Shown piece by piece: positions 42,660 through 53,581 of a stretch of DNA of 64,000 nucleotides. How positions within the stretch are numbered: the first letter of the stretch is position 1; every line of letters starts with the position of its first letter. A model generated the notes under the pieces. That model was not told the origin of the DNA, searched no databases, and was given only the letters and a program-made list of their open reading frames with translations. This DNA is from an uncultured Gemmatimonadaceae bacterium (GTDB lineage: Bacteria > Gemmatimonadota > Gemmatimonadetes > Gemmatimonadales > Gemmatimonadaceae): assembly GCA_963829055.1 (NCBI GenBank), contig CAWHHI010000003.1, positions 96,001 to 160,000 of the forward strand. The letters are read 5' to 3'. Position numbers and translations under genes: made by a program.

Positions 42660-43675
42660 GCACCGCCCGCGCTTCTCTCCGAACCGTCGCGGGGCTTGTG
42701 ATCGCGGCGGCGTTCCTGTGGCTGGCCTTTGGCCGCGTCGACTGGCACAGCCTTGCCGCGGTTGCGGCTGAAGCACAGCCAGGCCCGATCGTACTCGGCC
42801 TGGTTGCGCTCGCAGCCGGATTCTTCGTGCGCATCGTTCGCTGGTGGATGATGCTGCGCGCGCTCGAGCCCGACCTTCCACTCCGCGCCTGTGTGCGCCC
42901 GTTCCTGCTCAGCCTCGCGGTGAACAACACCATGCCGCTGCGAGCAGGTGACATTGTACGTGCAGTCGGTTTCCGTGACGCCCTGCGTTCACCCACGATG
43001 CGCGTCGTCGGAACGCTGCTCATCGAGCGCGTGCTCGATCTCTTCGTTCTGGTCGCGCTCTTCTTCGTCGGGCTGCTCGCGATTCCGGACGGCGTCATTC
43101 CGCGCGCGTTCATCACGACGGCGGGATTTCTTGGCGCCGGCGCAGTGACGGCCGTGCTCGTGCTCGTGTTCGCGCCTGCCACCATGCGCAGGATCGTCGA
43201 CCGGTTGGCGGCGAGCAACGCCCTCGCGCATCGGCGCGTGACGCCGCGACTGCGCGAAGCCGCGCATCACCTGTTCGACACGTTCTCGCTCGTGCAGTCG
43301 CCGGCGCGCGCGCTGCGGCTCGTGGCGCTGTCGCTGCTCGCGTGGGTGCTCGAGGGAAGCATGTATGCGTGCGTCGCGTGGGCACTTCATGTCGGCGGCT
43401 CGCCGATCGCCCCGTGGTTCGCCGCCGCAACGGGAACGCTCGCGACGCTGATCCCGAGCTCACCCGGCTACGTCGGCACCTTCGACTACTTCGCCATCCT
43501 CGGCCTCACTGCGTTCGGTGCGCGGCGCGTGATCGCGACGGCGTTCGCGATGATCGTGCACCTGATCCTCTGGCTGCCGGTGACGCTCGTGGGTGCTGCC
43601 TTCTTCGTCGCCCCGAGGTCCGTCCGCACCACCGCCGGCTCGCCCAGACAATCCAGGCAGCGCTCCGCTGCCTGA
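42656..43675 (+). CDS. UPF0104 / LPG-synthase-TM flippase-like membrane protein
   Basis: RW, NN..P.RAGD, ERVLD, P.SPG.VG. Confidence 0.85.
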   Translation: MSTARASLRTVAGLVIAAAFLWLAFGRVDWHSLAAVAAEAQPGPIVLGLVALAAGFFVRIVRWWMMLRALEPDLPLRACVRPFLLSLAVNNTMPLRAGDIVRAVGFRDALRSPTMRVVGTLLIERVLDLFVLVALFFVGLLAIPDGVIPRAFITTAGFLGAGAVTAVLVLVFAPATMRRIVDRLAASNALAHRRVTPRLREAAHHLFDTFSLVQSPARALRLVALSLLAWVLEGSMYACVAWALHVGGSPIAPWFAAATGTLATLIPSSPGYVGTFDYFAILGLTAFGARRVIATAFAMIVHLILWLPVTLVGAAFFVAPRSVRTTAGSPRQSRQRSAA

Positions 43676-43703
43676 CGAGTCCTTCACCCTGCAGAACCCA
43701 CGC

Positions 43704-45053
43704 ATGCCTGCGCAACATACCGTCGTCATCGGCGGCGGATTCAGCGGACTGAGCGCCGCTCTGGAGCTCGCTCGCCGCGGCGTCGCCGTCACCGTGCTCG
43801 AAGCGGAGCGCGAAGTCGGCGGCCTTGCCGGAACGTTCGAGGTCAATGGCGAACGTCTCGAGAAGTTCTACCACCACTGGTTCACGAACGACCGCCACGT
43901 CGGCGACCTCGTGAACGAGTTGGGCGAGGAAGACAAGATCGTCTACCGGCCGACGCGGACGGGGATGTACTTCGCCAACCGCATCTTCCGCCTCAGCTCC
44001 CCCGTCGACGTCCTGCGCTTCACGCCACTGCCCCTGGTCGACCGCGTTAGGCTCGGCATCCTCGCCCTGCGGGCGCGCGGGGTGAAGGACTGGCGCGCAC
44101 TCGAGGGAGAAACGGCGGAAGCATGGCTCATCCGACTCGGCGGCGAGCGCGTGTATCGCGTCGTCTGGCAGCCGCTGCTCGAGGGCAAGTTCGGGCCGTT
44201 CGCGTCGCAGGTATCCGCGGTCTGGTTCTGGAACAAGCTCAAGCTTCGCGGCGGAAGCCGCGGGAAGAGCGGGGCCGAGATGCTGGCGTACTATCGCGGT
44301 GGGTTCGCGGCGCTCGCAGACCGGCTGGCAAGTGAGGTCGGGGTACTCGGCGGCGACATCCGTCTGGGGACGTGCGCGCGCGGGCTAGTCGTCGAAGATG
44401 GTCAGGTGCGCGGCGTCGAGACGGACGACGGCACCATCGATGCCGACGCCGTCATCGCGACGCCGGCACTGCCGATCATCGCCGACCTGGTCGAGCCACA
44501 TGCGCCTGACGAGTGGGTGCGGAAGCTCCGCGCGATCGAGTACCTCGCGAACGTCTGCGTCGTGCTCGAGCTCGACCGCAGTCTGTCGGATACCTACTGG
44601 CTGAACGTCAATGATCCGGGCTTCCCGTTCGTCGGCGTGATCGAGCACACGAACTTCGAGCCGGCGTCGACGTATGGCGGCCGGCACATCGTCTATCTGT
44701 CGAAGTATCTGCCGGCGACGGCGGAGCTCTATCAGATGTCGGATGCCGACGTGCTCGAGTACTGCATCCCGCACCTTCAGCGGATGTTCCCCGCATTCGA
44801 CCGCGCGTGGATCATGGGCGCTCACGTGTGGCGTGCGCGGTACTCGCAGCCAATCGTCGGCAAGCACTACAGTCGGCTCATTCCCCCCACCGACACGCCG
44901 ATCCGTGGTTTGTATTTGTCGACCATGGCACAGGTCTATCCCGAGGATCGCGGCACGAACTACGCAATTCGCGATGGGCGGCGCGTCGGGCGGATGGTTG
45001 CTTCCGCCCTTCAGGGGAGTGACCGCGAGACGCTCGTCGAGCAGGGGAGATGA
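43704..45053 (+). CDS. FAD-dependent oxidoreductase (protoporphyrinogen/amine oxidase superfamily)
   Basis: IGGGFSGL, GGLA, EKFYHH.F, YWLN, YPEDRG.N. Confidence 0.85.
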   Translation: MPAQHTVVIGGGFSGLSAALELARRGVAVTVLEAEREVGGLAGTFEVNGERLEKFYHHWFTNDRHVGDLVNELGEEDKIVYRPTRTGMYFANRIFRLSSPVDVLRFTPLPLVDRVRLGILALRARGVKDWRALEGETAEAWLIRLGGERVYRVVWQPLLEGKFGPFASQVSAVWFWNKLKLRGGSRGKSGAEMLAYYRGGFAALADRLASEVGVLGGDIRLGTCARGLVVEDGQVRGVETDDGTIDADAVIATPALPIIADLVEPHAPDEWVRKLRAIEYLANVCVVLELDRSLSDTYWLNVNDPGFPFVGVIEHTNFEPASTYGGRHIVYLSKYLPATAELYQMSDADVLEYCIPHLQRMFPAFDRAWIMGAHVWRARYSQPIVGKHYSRLIPPTDTPIRGLYLSTMAQVYPEDRGTNYAIRDGRRVGRMVASALQGSDRETLVEQGR

Positions 45054-46844
45054 GTCTACCAACGAACGCAACGACTCCGAGATCGGGACCGGCGCTGGTT
45101 CGCGTTCCGTTCGCTGGCTCGCAGACGGACGCCGACGGGACCACGCCGGAAGTGCCTGACGCGCGGAGCGAGCAGGTCGGGCCGCGCGTTCGTCCGACGA
45201 CGCTCGAGTGGGTCGTGCTGCTGGGAGCCGCGGGTTGGATAGTCCTGTTGTTGCTGTTGCGCTGGCCGGCCCTGTTGTATCCGCAGTTCAACTCGAATTC
45301 GAACATCGATGCGGCGTTCTTCGCGCTCGCCGGCAAGTTGGTGCGCGACGGTGCCGTCCCGTACCTCGCGTTCTGGGATCACAAGCCGCCGCTCATCTAT
45401 CTGATCGACGCGCTGGCCCTGTCGGTGAGCGGCGGCGCCATCTGGGGCGTATGGCTGGCCACGGTGGCCGCGCTGCTCGTGACGTTAGGCGCCGCCGTCG
45501 CGGCGTGGCGGCGCATGTTCGGCGCGGCCGCGGCAGTCATCGCGGCCCTCGTGCTCGCGGTCTCGTTCGATGTCCCGGCACCGTTCAACCTCACCGAGGG
45601 GTTCGTGCTGCCGGCGCAGGCAGCCGCGCTGCTCATCCTCGCGCGCTGGTCCATGACGCGCGGGCGAGTCCTCGTCCCCGCGCTCGGCATCGGCGCGCTC
45701 GGCGGCATCGCGTTCCTGCTGCGCCCGAATCTGATCGGTACGCCCGCGGCCGTAGCGATCGCCATGGCGCTGACGCTGCTCATTACGCGTCGCGTGCGCG
45801 AAGTGGCAGTCCTGGTCGCCGGATGCCTCGCCGGCGCCGCGCTCGTCGTTGGTCCGGTGCTGCTCTGGTTAGGCAACGCCGGCGCCCTGGGCGCGTTCTG
45901 GGATCAGGTGTTCCACTACAACTTCGTATACACCGCGGCGTCGTTGCGGGCGCGCGTTCGTGCCGCGTTCGAAGGCGTCGCGGTCACCACGGTCTACGGA
46001 ACGCTGTTGCTCCCGCTGGCCGGTTGGTTCGTCGCCGCACAGCGCCTTCGCGCGAGCCAGCGGGATGCGGCGGCTGTACCGCCACTCATCCTCTGCCTGG
46101 TCTGGCTACCGATCGAGCTGGCACTCGCGGCGTTGCCCGGCCGACCCTACTGGCACTACTTCGCGCCAATGCTGCTCCCGCTCGCGTCTCTGGTGGCGCT
46201 CTGCGTCTCGGAGGTGTTCGCGGTCGTCGAGCGCACGCTGCCAGGAGCGGCATCCGACCGATGGCGCCGACGAGCGGTGGTGGTGTTCTGCATCGCGATC
46301 GCCGTCCTGCCGGTGGGGCGCGCGCTCTTCGAGGTGCGCGACGCGGGACTGCGCAGTGACCGCGGGAGCTGAGGTCGATCTCGCGGCACAGTACATACGC
46401 GCAAACACGGCGCCCGCCGCACCACTCCTCGTATGGGGACACGCGTCGGACATCTATCTCTCCGCCGACCGAAAGCCGGCGACCCGCTTCGTGTACCCAC
46501 TCGCGCTGTTCACTCCGGGCTACGCCGACTCCGCGCTCGTCCAGGTATTCCTGAACGACCTTCGCGCGAGTGCGCCGCCGCTCATCCTCGACACGACGCC
46601 AAATGCCAAGGGCGGGGAAGCGCTCACGCCGTCGTTGACGGCATGGAACCCGAAGTGGCGGTACCCGGAGACCGGCGTGGCGTGGTGGACGATGACGCCG
46701 GCCATGCGTGCCGTGTACGACTACGTCAAGGCGAACTACACCGCGAGCCGAGTCATCGGCCCACACCGCTGGGTGGTCTACCGGCGAATTGCAGATCCGG
46801 TCGACGTTAGGCATGCGTCCCGCAGCGCGAGCACACTGCCATGA
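45050..46844 (+). CDS. ArnT/PMT-like GT-C glycosyltransferase, paralog type B'; frameshift near 46365
   Basis: DAAFF..G...PY..FWDHKPP, RPN, HY; C-terminal LLVWG domain in ORF 45960. Confidence 0.7.
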
Positions 46845-46868
46845 CCTCACTACCATGAGTTGGCTGCC

Positions 46869-48605
46869 ATGAGCGACCCGCTACCCTCCATCGTCGCAGT
46901 TCCGAGGCTCAGCCGGCCGTTGCCGAAGCCTGTCGCCGCGGCCAAACCAAGCTGGCTCGCCGTGCACGGGATGACGATGGCGACGAGCGCGGCGGTCACG
47001 CTCGCTGTGATCGTTCGCGCGTTCCTCGTCCTCTCGCGCGACTTCCCGCTGAACGACGGCGCGCTGTTCTATCTCATGGCGAAGGAGCTCGGCGACAACG
47101 GCTTTCACCTGCCGGCGACCACCTCGTATAACGGTGCGGGAATCCCGTTCGCGTATTCGCCGCTGGGCTTCTACCTCACGGCGTTCCTCCACACCGTAGT
47201 CGGCATCGGTCTCCCTGATCTGCTCCGGATCCTCCCGCTCGTCTTCAGCTCGCTCTGCGTCATCGCGTTTTACCTGCTCGCGCGCGAGCTCAACGCGTCC
47301 CGGGCGACGGTGGTCGCCGCGTTATGCACGTTCGCCGTGCTCCCTCGGAGTTTCCTGTGGCTCATCATGGGCGGTGGGCTCACGCGTTCGATCGGATTCC
47401 TGTTCGCCATCCTCACGCTCTGGCAGGTACACCGCGTCTACACGCGACGCGCGTGGCGACACGTCGCGTGGGCGACCGCGCTCGCATCGCTCACGGTGCT
47501 CAGCCACCTCGGCACCGCCCCGTTCGTTGCGTTCAGCGCGGTGCTGATGCTGTTGTTTTTCGGCCGCCACAAGTTCGGGATCTACGCGTCACTCGCCATC
47601 GCGCTCGGGACGGTGGTGCTGACCGCACCCTGGTGGGCCAGCGTCGCCGCTGTACATGGCTTCGCGCCGTTCGCCGCTGCGGGCGCGACGGGCGGGACGG
47701 TATTCAGCTCGCAGAGTCGAGGTCAGGCACTCGCGAAGCTCGCGTTTTTCGGACTCGGAACGGCCGAGCCGCTGTTCCCCATCATCGGCGCACTGGCGAT
47801 CGTCGGCGCATTCGCGTCGATGACGCGGCGCGGTGCATTCCTGCCTGTATGGTGGTTGACGATCATCCTGCTCGACACGCGCGCGGGAGCGACCTACGCC
47901 TCCATTCCGGTCGCGTTGCTCGCGGGCATCGCGCTCACCGACATCATCGTCCCGGTGATCGCGCGTACGTCGTCGTGGTATCGCCAACCGCCGCGTCTGC
48001 CAGCCTCGAGCGGTTGGGATCTGGTCACCGTTGCGCCGCGAGCACGCCAGTGGGCCGTGGCAAGCGTGCTGACCATCCTGCTCGCCTACGGGGTCGCGTC
48101 CGCGGTGCTACGTCGGCCGAGCCTGAACGCGGAGGGCCGGTACCTAACGAGTCTGACGGCCGATGACCGTGCGGCCATGGCGTGGATCAGCCGCGAAACG
48201 CCGGCAGCGAGTCGGTTCCTCATCGTCGTTGGCGGGGCCGCCGGCGGCTGGTGGTCCGATCGGATCGGCGAATGGTTCCCGGTGCTCGCCAACCGTGTAA
48301 GTGTGGCCACGGTACAGGGTACGGAATGGCTGCCTCGCGGGACGTTCGAGATCCGTGAGCGCGGCTACGACGAGTTGCAGGGCTGTGCCGTGTGGGGGAC
48401 GCCGTGCATCGAACAGTGGGCGACCGACCATCGCCTTCCTTATACACACGTCTACCTGCCGAAGACACTCGCCTTCCCGTGCTGCGGCCCGCTCGACAGC
48501 GCGCTCCGCCACAGCAGCACGTACCGCCTGGTCTTCGACGGACCCGCGGCCACCATTTTCGTTCGCGAGGCAGCCCTTCCGCGGAAACACGTGGAGATCT
48601 GGTAA
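46869..48605 (+). CDS. Polytopic GT-C-fold glycosyltransferase, paralog type A'
   Basis: Shares DFPLNDG, MGGGLTRS, SHLGTAPF, EWFPVLA and VATVQGTEWLP with 37650-39350. Confidence 0.7.
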   Translation: MSDPLPSIVAVPRLSRPLPKPVAAAKPSWLAVHGMTMATSAAVTLAVIVRAFLVLSRDFPLNDGALFYLMAKELGDNGFHLPATTSYNGAGIPFAYSPLGFYLTAFLHTVVGIGLPDLLRILPLVFSSLCVIAFYLLARELNASRATVVAALCTFAVLPRSFLWLIMGGGLTRSIGFLFAILTLWQVHRVYTRRAWRHVAWATALASLTVLSHLGTAPFVAFSAVLMLLFFGRHKFGIYASLAIALGTVVLTAPWWASVAAVHGFAPFAAAGATGGTVFSSQSRGQALAKLAFFGLGTAEPLFPIIGALAIVGAFASMTRRGAFLPVWWLTIILLDTRAGATYASIPVALLAGIALTDIIVPVIARTSSWYRQPPRLPASSGWDLVTVAPRARQWAVASVLTILLAYGVASAVLRRPSLNAEGRYLTSLTADDRAAMAWISRETPAASRFLIVVGGAAGGWWSDRIGEWFPVLANRVSVATVQGTEWLPRGTFEIRERGYDELQGCAVWGTPCIEQWATDHRLPYTHVYLPKTLAFPCCGPLDSALRHSSTYRLVFDGPAATIFVREAALPRKHVEIW

Positions 48606-48675
48606 GGGCCGGCGGGTGCGGTTGACATGGGGTTGGGCCGGGGGGTAGCCTCCCGTCCTCCCCTTCCGCCCCGTG

Positions 48676-50289
48676 ATGCCGATCAATCGAAGAGACTTCC
48701 TCAGGACCACCGCGGCCGCAGCAGCCGTAGCCGGTGGTCACGCCGTCGTCAGCGGCGCCCCGCTCGCGACCGCATTCACCGCCCCTCTCGTCGCTCCGCG
48801 CGCCGACGCCTTCATTGAAGACCTCGCGATGGAGGCGCTCAACGCCGCGAAGGATGCCGGCGCCAGCTACGCCGACGCGCGCATCGGGCGCTATCGCCGC
48901 CAGTCGCATCAACACGCGCGAGCGCCAGATCACCGGCGTCAGCCGACTCCGAGTCGTACGGACTCGGCGTCCGCACGCTCGTGGACGGCTCGTGGGGATT
49001 CGCGGCGACGAGCAACATGACGAAAGAAGGCGTCGTGAACGCCGCGCGCGAGGCCGCCCGCCTCGCGCGCGCCGCGAAGTCCGTGCAGAAGCGACCGGTC
49101 GAGCTCGCGCCGACGCCGGCCGTGAAAGGCACGTGGATGACGCCGATCGACGCGCGATCCGCTCGACGTCCCGATCGAGGAGAAGGTCGCGCTGCTGTTC
49201 GCCGCGAACGAAGCCGCACTCAAGGTCCCGAAGGTTCGCTTCGTGAACTCGGGACTGCAGCTGCTGCGCGAGGAGAAGACGCTCGCGACCACCGACGGCA
49301 CGCTCGTCACGCAGACGTTCGTCCGCGTCGGACCGCAGTTCACGGCGACGGCGGTCGGCGACGGCGACTTCCAGAGCTACACCGAAGAGCTCGCGCCGCG
49401 CGGTCAGGGCTGGGAGTACATCGAGTCGCTCGACATGCCGGGCAACGCGGCGAAGTGGGCGTCACTCGCGGTGGAGAAGCTGTCGGCGCGAAGTCCGTCG
49501 ACGTCGGCCGCTACGATCTCATTCTCGCACCCGACGAATCTCTGGCTCACGATTCACGAGTCCATCGGGCATCCGACCGAGCTCGATCGCGCGATGGGCT
49601 ACGAGGCGAACTACGCCGGCACGAGCTTCGTCGCGCCGCCGGAGAAGCAGATCGGGAAGCTCAAGTACGGCCCGGAGTTCATGAACATCCAGGGCGACCG
49701 CACGCAGGAAGGCTCGCTCGCGCGCGTGGCGTGGGACGACGAAGGCGTCGCCGCCGACAAGTGGCTGATCATCGAGAAGGGGATCTTCAAGGACTACCAG
49801 ACGACGCGCGAGCAGGCGGCGTGGATCTCGAAGCTCACCGGCGTCAACAAGTCGCACGGCTGCTCGTTCGCCGACTCGTGGGATCGAGCGTGCAGTTCCA
49901 GCGCATGCCGAACGTCTCGCTGCTGCCGGGCGAGAAGGACACGCGCTCGACGACATCATCGCGGCGACCGATCGCGGCATCATCATCAAGAATCGCGGCT
50001 CGTGGTCGATCGACCACCAGCGCTACAACTTCCAGTTCTCCGGCCAGGCGTTCTACGAAGTCAAGGGCGGCAAGATCGTCGGCATGCTCAAGGACGTCGC
50101 GTATCAGGCGAACACGCCGGAGTTCTGGAACTCATGGACATGATCGGCGGCGAAGTCCACCTACTGGCTCGGCGGCTCGTTCGGCGACGGCAAGGGCGAG
50201 CCGGCGCAGTCGAACTCCGTGAGCCACGGCTGTCGTGCCGGCGCGCTTCAAGCAGCGTGAACATCGTCAACACCGGGAGGGAGCGCTGA
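48676..50289 (+). CDS. tldD: Second Tat-signal TldD; multiple frameshifts
   Basis: MPINRRDFL; IHESIGHPTELDRAMGYEANYAGTSF; QFQRMPNVSL; DGKGEP. Confidence 0.75.
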
Positions 50290-51723
50290 TGACGCCGCGC
50301 TCCCTTCTTCGCCGCCGACGCCGGCGCTTCCTCACGCGCGAGCAGGCCAAGGCGCTCGCCGATCGCGTGCTGTCGTTCGCGAAGGCGGACGAGACGCGCG
50401 TCGACGATCACGAGCGGCTGGAGCGGCAACACGCGCTTCGCCGGCGGCGAGATCACGACGTCCGGCGGCACCACCGACACGACGGTCACGGTCACGTCAG
50501 CACGATCGGCAAGCGGCGCGCATCGGCGTCGACGAACGTGCTCGACGACGAGAGCCTCGCGCGCACGGTCGACCTCGCCGAGCGACTGGCGAAGCTATCG
50601 CCCGAAGATCCGGAGATCGATGCCGGAGCTCGGGCCGCAGACGCTACGCGACCGGTCGAACGGCTTCTTCGAGAGCGACCGCCGACCTCGGCGCCGGAGG
50701 CGCGCGCCGCGGCAGCGAAGCGCGTCGATCGAGCGCGCCGAGCAGGCGGGCAAGAGCGCGGGCGACATGTTCGTCGCCGGATTTCTCGAGGCGAACGCCG
50801 GCGCGCGCGCCATCGCGACGAGCCGCGGGCTGTTCGCCTATCATCGCGTCGACGGACGCGAATCTGTCGACGACGGCGCGCACGCCGGATGGAACCGGCT
50901 CGGGGTGGGCGTCCGGCGGCGCGCGCGACTGGGGCGAGCTCGATCCGGCAGCGCTCGGCACGACGCGCCGCGCAGAAGGCGGTCGCGATCGCGCAATCCC
51001 GATCGCGATCGAGCCCGGGATGTACACGGTCGTGCTCGAGCCGCAGGCGGTGGCCGACCTCGTGCCGCAGCTCGTCGGCGCGTTCAATGCGCGCGCGAAC
51101 GACGAAGGCCGCGGCACGTTCTCGCAAGACGGGTGGCGGCACGAAGCTCGGCGAGAAGATCGCTCGACGAGCGCGTGACGATCTACTCGGATCCGACCGA
51201 CCCTGACCTGCTCGCGCAGCCGTTCGACGGCGAAGGCTTGCCGCTCAAGCGACGTCGTGTGGATCGAGAACGGCATTCTCAAGAACTTCTCGTACTACTC
51301 GCTTCTGGGCGCAGAAGCAGGGCAAGGACGGCGACGGGTGGCGGCGGTGGCGGTGGCGGCGGCGGTGGAGGCGGATTCGGCGGCGGTCGCCGCGGCGGTC
51401 TCAAGATCGTCGGCGGCACGAAGACGCACCGACGAGCTCATCGCCGGCACGCAGCGCGGCATTCTCGTCACGCACTTCTTCTACATCCGCTCGCTCGACC
51501 AGCGCACGGTGCTGCTCACGGGCCTGACGCGCGACGGCACGTTCCTCATCGAGAACGGCAAGATCACGCAGGCGCTCAAGAACTTCCGCTGGAACGAGAG
51601 CCCGCTGTTCATGCTGAACAAGATCGAGGAGATCGGAAAGGCGGAGCGCACGGCGGCAGGCCAGGTGATGCCGGCCTTCGCGTGAAGGATTTCAACTTCA
51701 CGTCGTTGTCCGACGCTGTTTGA
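50289..51723 (+). CDS. tldE: Second TldE/PmbA; many frameshifts; poly-Gly insert
   Basis: EPGMYTVVLEP, TGLTRDGTFLIENG and FNFTSLSDAV in scattered frames. Confidence 0.7.
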
Positions 51724-51960
51724 GGAAGGAGGAAGGAGGCCTGAGGAAGGAGGCGGCCTTCGGAGGGCGGACGGCGGAGGGCGGAGGCAAAAGGGATGTC
51801 ATCCCGAGGAGCGACAGCGACGAGGGACCTTCTGTGATGCCATCGTAGCAATGCGGCTACGAGCACGTTCGAGAGGGTCCACGCTGCGCTCAGGATGACT
51901 TCACAGACGGTCCCTCGCTGCCGCTCGGGATGACACCGCTCCTTCCTCAGGCCTCCTTCC
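51724..51960. repeat. GGAGGAA/GGCGGA heptamer run plus GTCATCCCGAG...CTCGGGATGAC element (51797-51935)
   Basis: GGAAGGAGGCCTGAGGAAGG and its inverse CCTTCCTCAGGCCTCCTTCC bracket the palindromic element. Confidence 0.8.
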
Positions 51961-52732
51961 TGTGCCTCGCGGCCTCCACCAGCCGGCGAACCCGAACCTC
52001 GTCCGTCTCCTCCCACGCCGCTTCGTCGTCAGGCAGCGCCTTGCGCACCCGCACGCCCGGACGCATGGGCCCACCCCCGCCGCGCGTTAGGCGCGTCAGG
52101 CGGACGTGCACCTCCCGCACACCCGTGCCCGCGACGATCTCGCCGATGTTCTCCTCTCGGATCGTTCCGCCGGCCATCACCACCGCACGATCGCCCGCCC
52201 GACCAACGAGTGATGCCAGAACCGGGATGCCCTCGCGCGCCGTCGACGCTCCACCAGACGTGAGTACTCGGCCCACTCCCGCCGCGATCACCGCATCCAG
52301 CGCCTGCTCGAGGTCCGGCGCGAAGTCGAACGCGCGATGGAACGTGACCGGCAATGTGCCCGCCGCCTCTACCAGGGACCGCGTCTGCGGACCGTGGACC
52401 GTGCCGTCCGCATGCAACGCGCCGATCACCACACCATCGGCGCCGAGCTCGCGGGCGGCCACGATGTCACGCCGCATGACGTCGAGCTCGATGTCGGAGT
52501 AGACGAAGCCACCACCGCGCGGGCGGATGATGACGAACACCGGAATCGATACGGCCTCCCGACACGCCTCGATCATCCCGGCGCTCGGCGTCGTCCCGCC
52601 GTCGAACAGCGCGTCACACAGCTCGAGCCGCCCCGCGCCGCCGCGTTCGGCCGCCATCGACGACTCCACGGAGTCTACACACGCCTCGACCAGTACGGCT
52701 CCCGCCCCGTCCGTCCTCGCGGGACTAGTCAC
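51947..52732 (-). CDS. cutC: Copper homeostasis protein CutC family
   Basis: E.C.DS, RLELC, GGTTPS, IRPR.G.FVY, TFHRAFD, LTSGG. Confidence 0.9.
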   Translation of the reverse strand: MTSPARTDGAGAVLVEACVDSVESSMAAERGGAGRLELCDALFDGGTTPSAGMIEACREAVSIPVFVIIRPRGGGFVYSDIELDVMRRDIVAARELGADGVVIGALHADGTVHGPQTRSLVEAAGTLPVTFHRAFDFAPDLEQALDAVIAAGVGRVLTSGGASTAREGIPVLASLVGRAGDRAVVMAGGTIREENIGEIVAGTGVREVHVRLTRLTRGGGGPMRPGVRVRKALPDDEAAWEETDEVRVRRLVEAARHRKEA

Positions 52733-52738
52733 GCCGGC

Positions 52739-53482
52739 TCACCGCTGCGCCGGAACGAACTGCCACCGTACACGAACGGACGCCTGGACCACGAGCTCTC
52801 CCGCTTCGACGGGCGTCGGCGCGGCCATCGCCGTCTGTGCCATGACTCGGCCCATCATTGGCTGCGGTGGGTTGTACGGGTCGATCGCGATCTCCGCCAG
52901 GGCGCCTAACGAGCCACCGGCCGCTGTCGCCGTCGCCTCGGCGTCGGCACGCGCCTTGGCGACCGCCTTCTGCAGCGCCTCGCGTCGCGCGGGGTCCGGA
53001 TTCGACGCGAACAGGTTGAGCGACCCGAGATTCGTGGCGCCCGCGCCGAGCGCGGCGTCGATCACCTTGCCGATGGCGTCGATGCTCCGGACCTCGATCT
53101 GCACCGTGTTGTTCGCGCGGTACCCGGTGACCCGCGGCCCCTGACCGCTCTGCTGTGCGTACTCGGGATAGACGTTGTATCCCGACGTCCGGATCTGAGC
53201 GGCCGCGACGCCCGCGGCTTTGACCGCGTTGATCACGCGCGTCTGCTTGGCTGCGTTGGCCGAGGCAGCAGCGGCCGCGGACTGGCCCTGGGACTCGACC
53301 GCGACGTTGAGCATCGCGCGGTCCGGTACCACCTGCGCTTCGCCAACGGCGCTCGCGGAGATGCTGGGCGGCGGCGGTGGCGGCGCGCCGGGTTGGCCAC
53401 TGAGAGGCAGCGTCACGACAGGAACCGCGAGAACGGCGAGAACGGGAACGCGCCGGGCGACAGCGCGAAAGAACGAATGCAT
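52739..53482 (-). CDS. SIMPL (DUF541) domain protein
   Basis: GGAGG RBS; signal peptide; PDRA, GY.A.N, AV.KARA.A. Confidence 0.85.
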   Translation of the reverse strand: MHSFFRAVARRVPVLAVLAVPVVTLPLSGQPGAPPPPPPSISASAVGEAQVVPDRAMLNVAVESQGQSAAAAASANAAKQTRVINAVKAAGVAAAQIRTSGYNVYPEYAQQSGQGPRVTGYRANNTVQIEVRSIDAIGKVIDAALGAGATNLGSLNLFASNPDPARREALQKAVAKARADAEATATAAGGSLGALAEIAIDPYNPPQPMMGRVMAQTAMAAPTPVEAGELVVQASVRVRWQFVPAQR

Positions 53483-53581
53483 GGGCACCTCCATCGGAAG
53501 CGGTGAACGCGTGACCGATGGTACACCACTGCGGGCTACGTACCCGCCTCCATGCCCGCGCTCGCCCAATCTACTCGCCCG

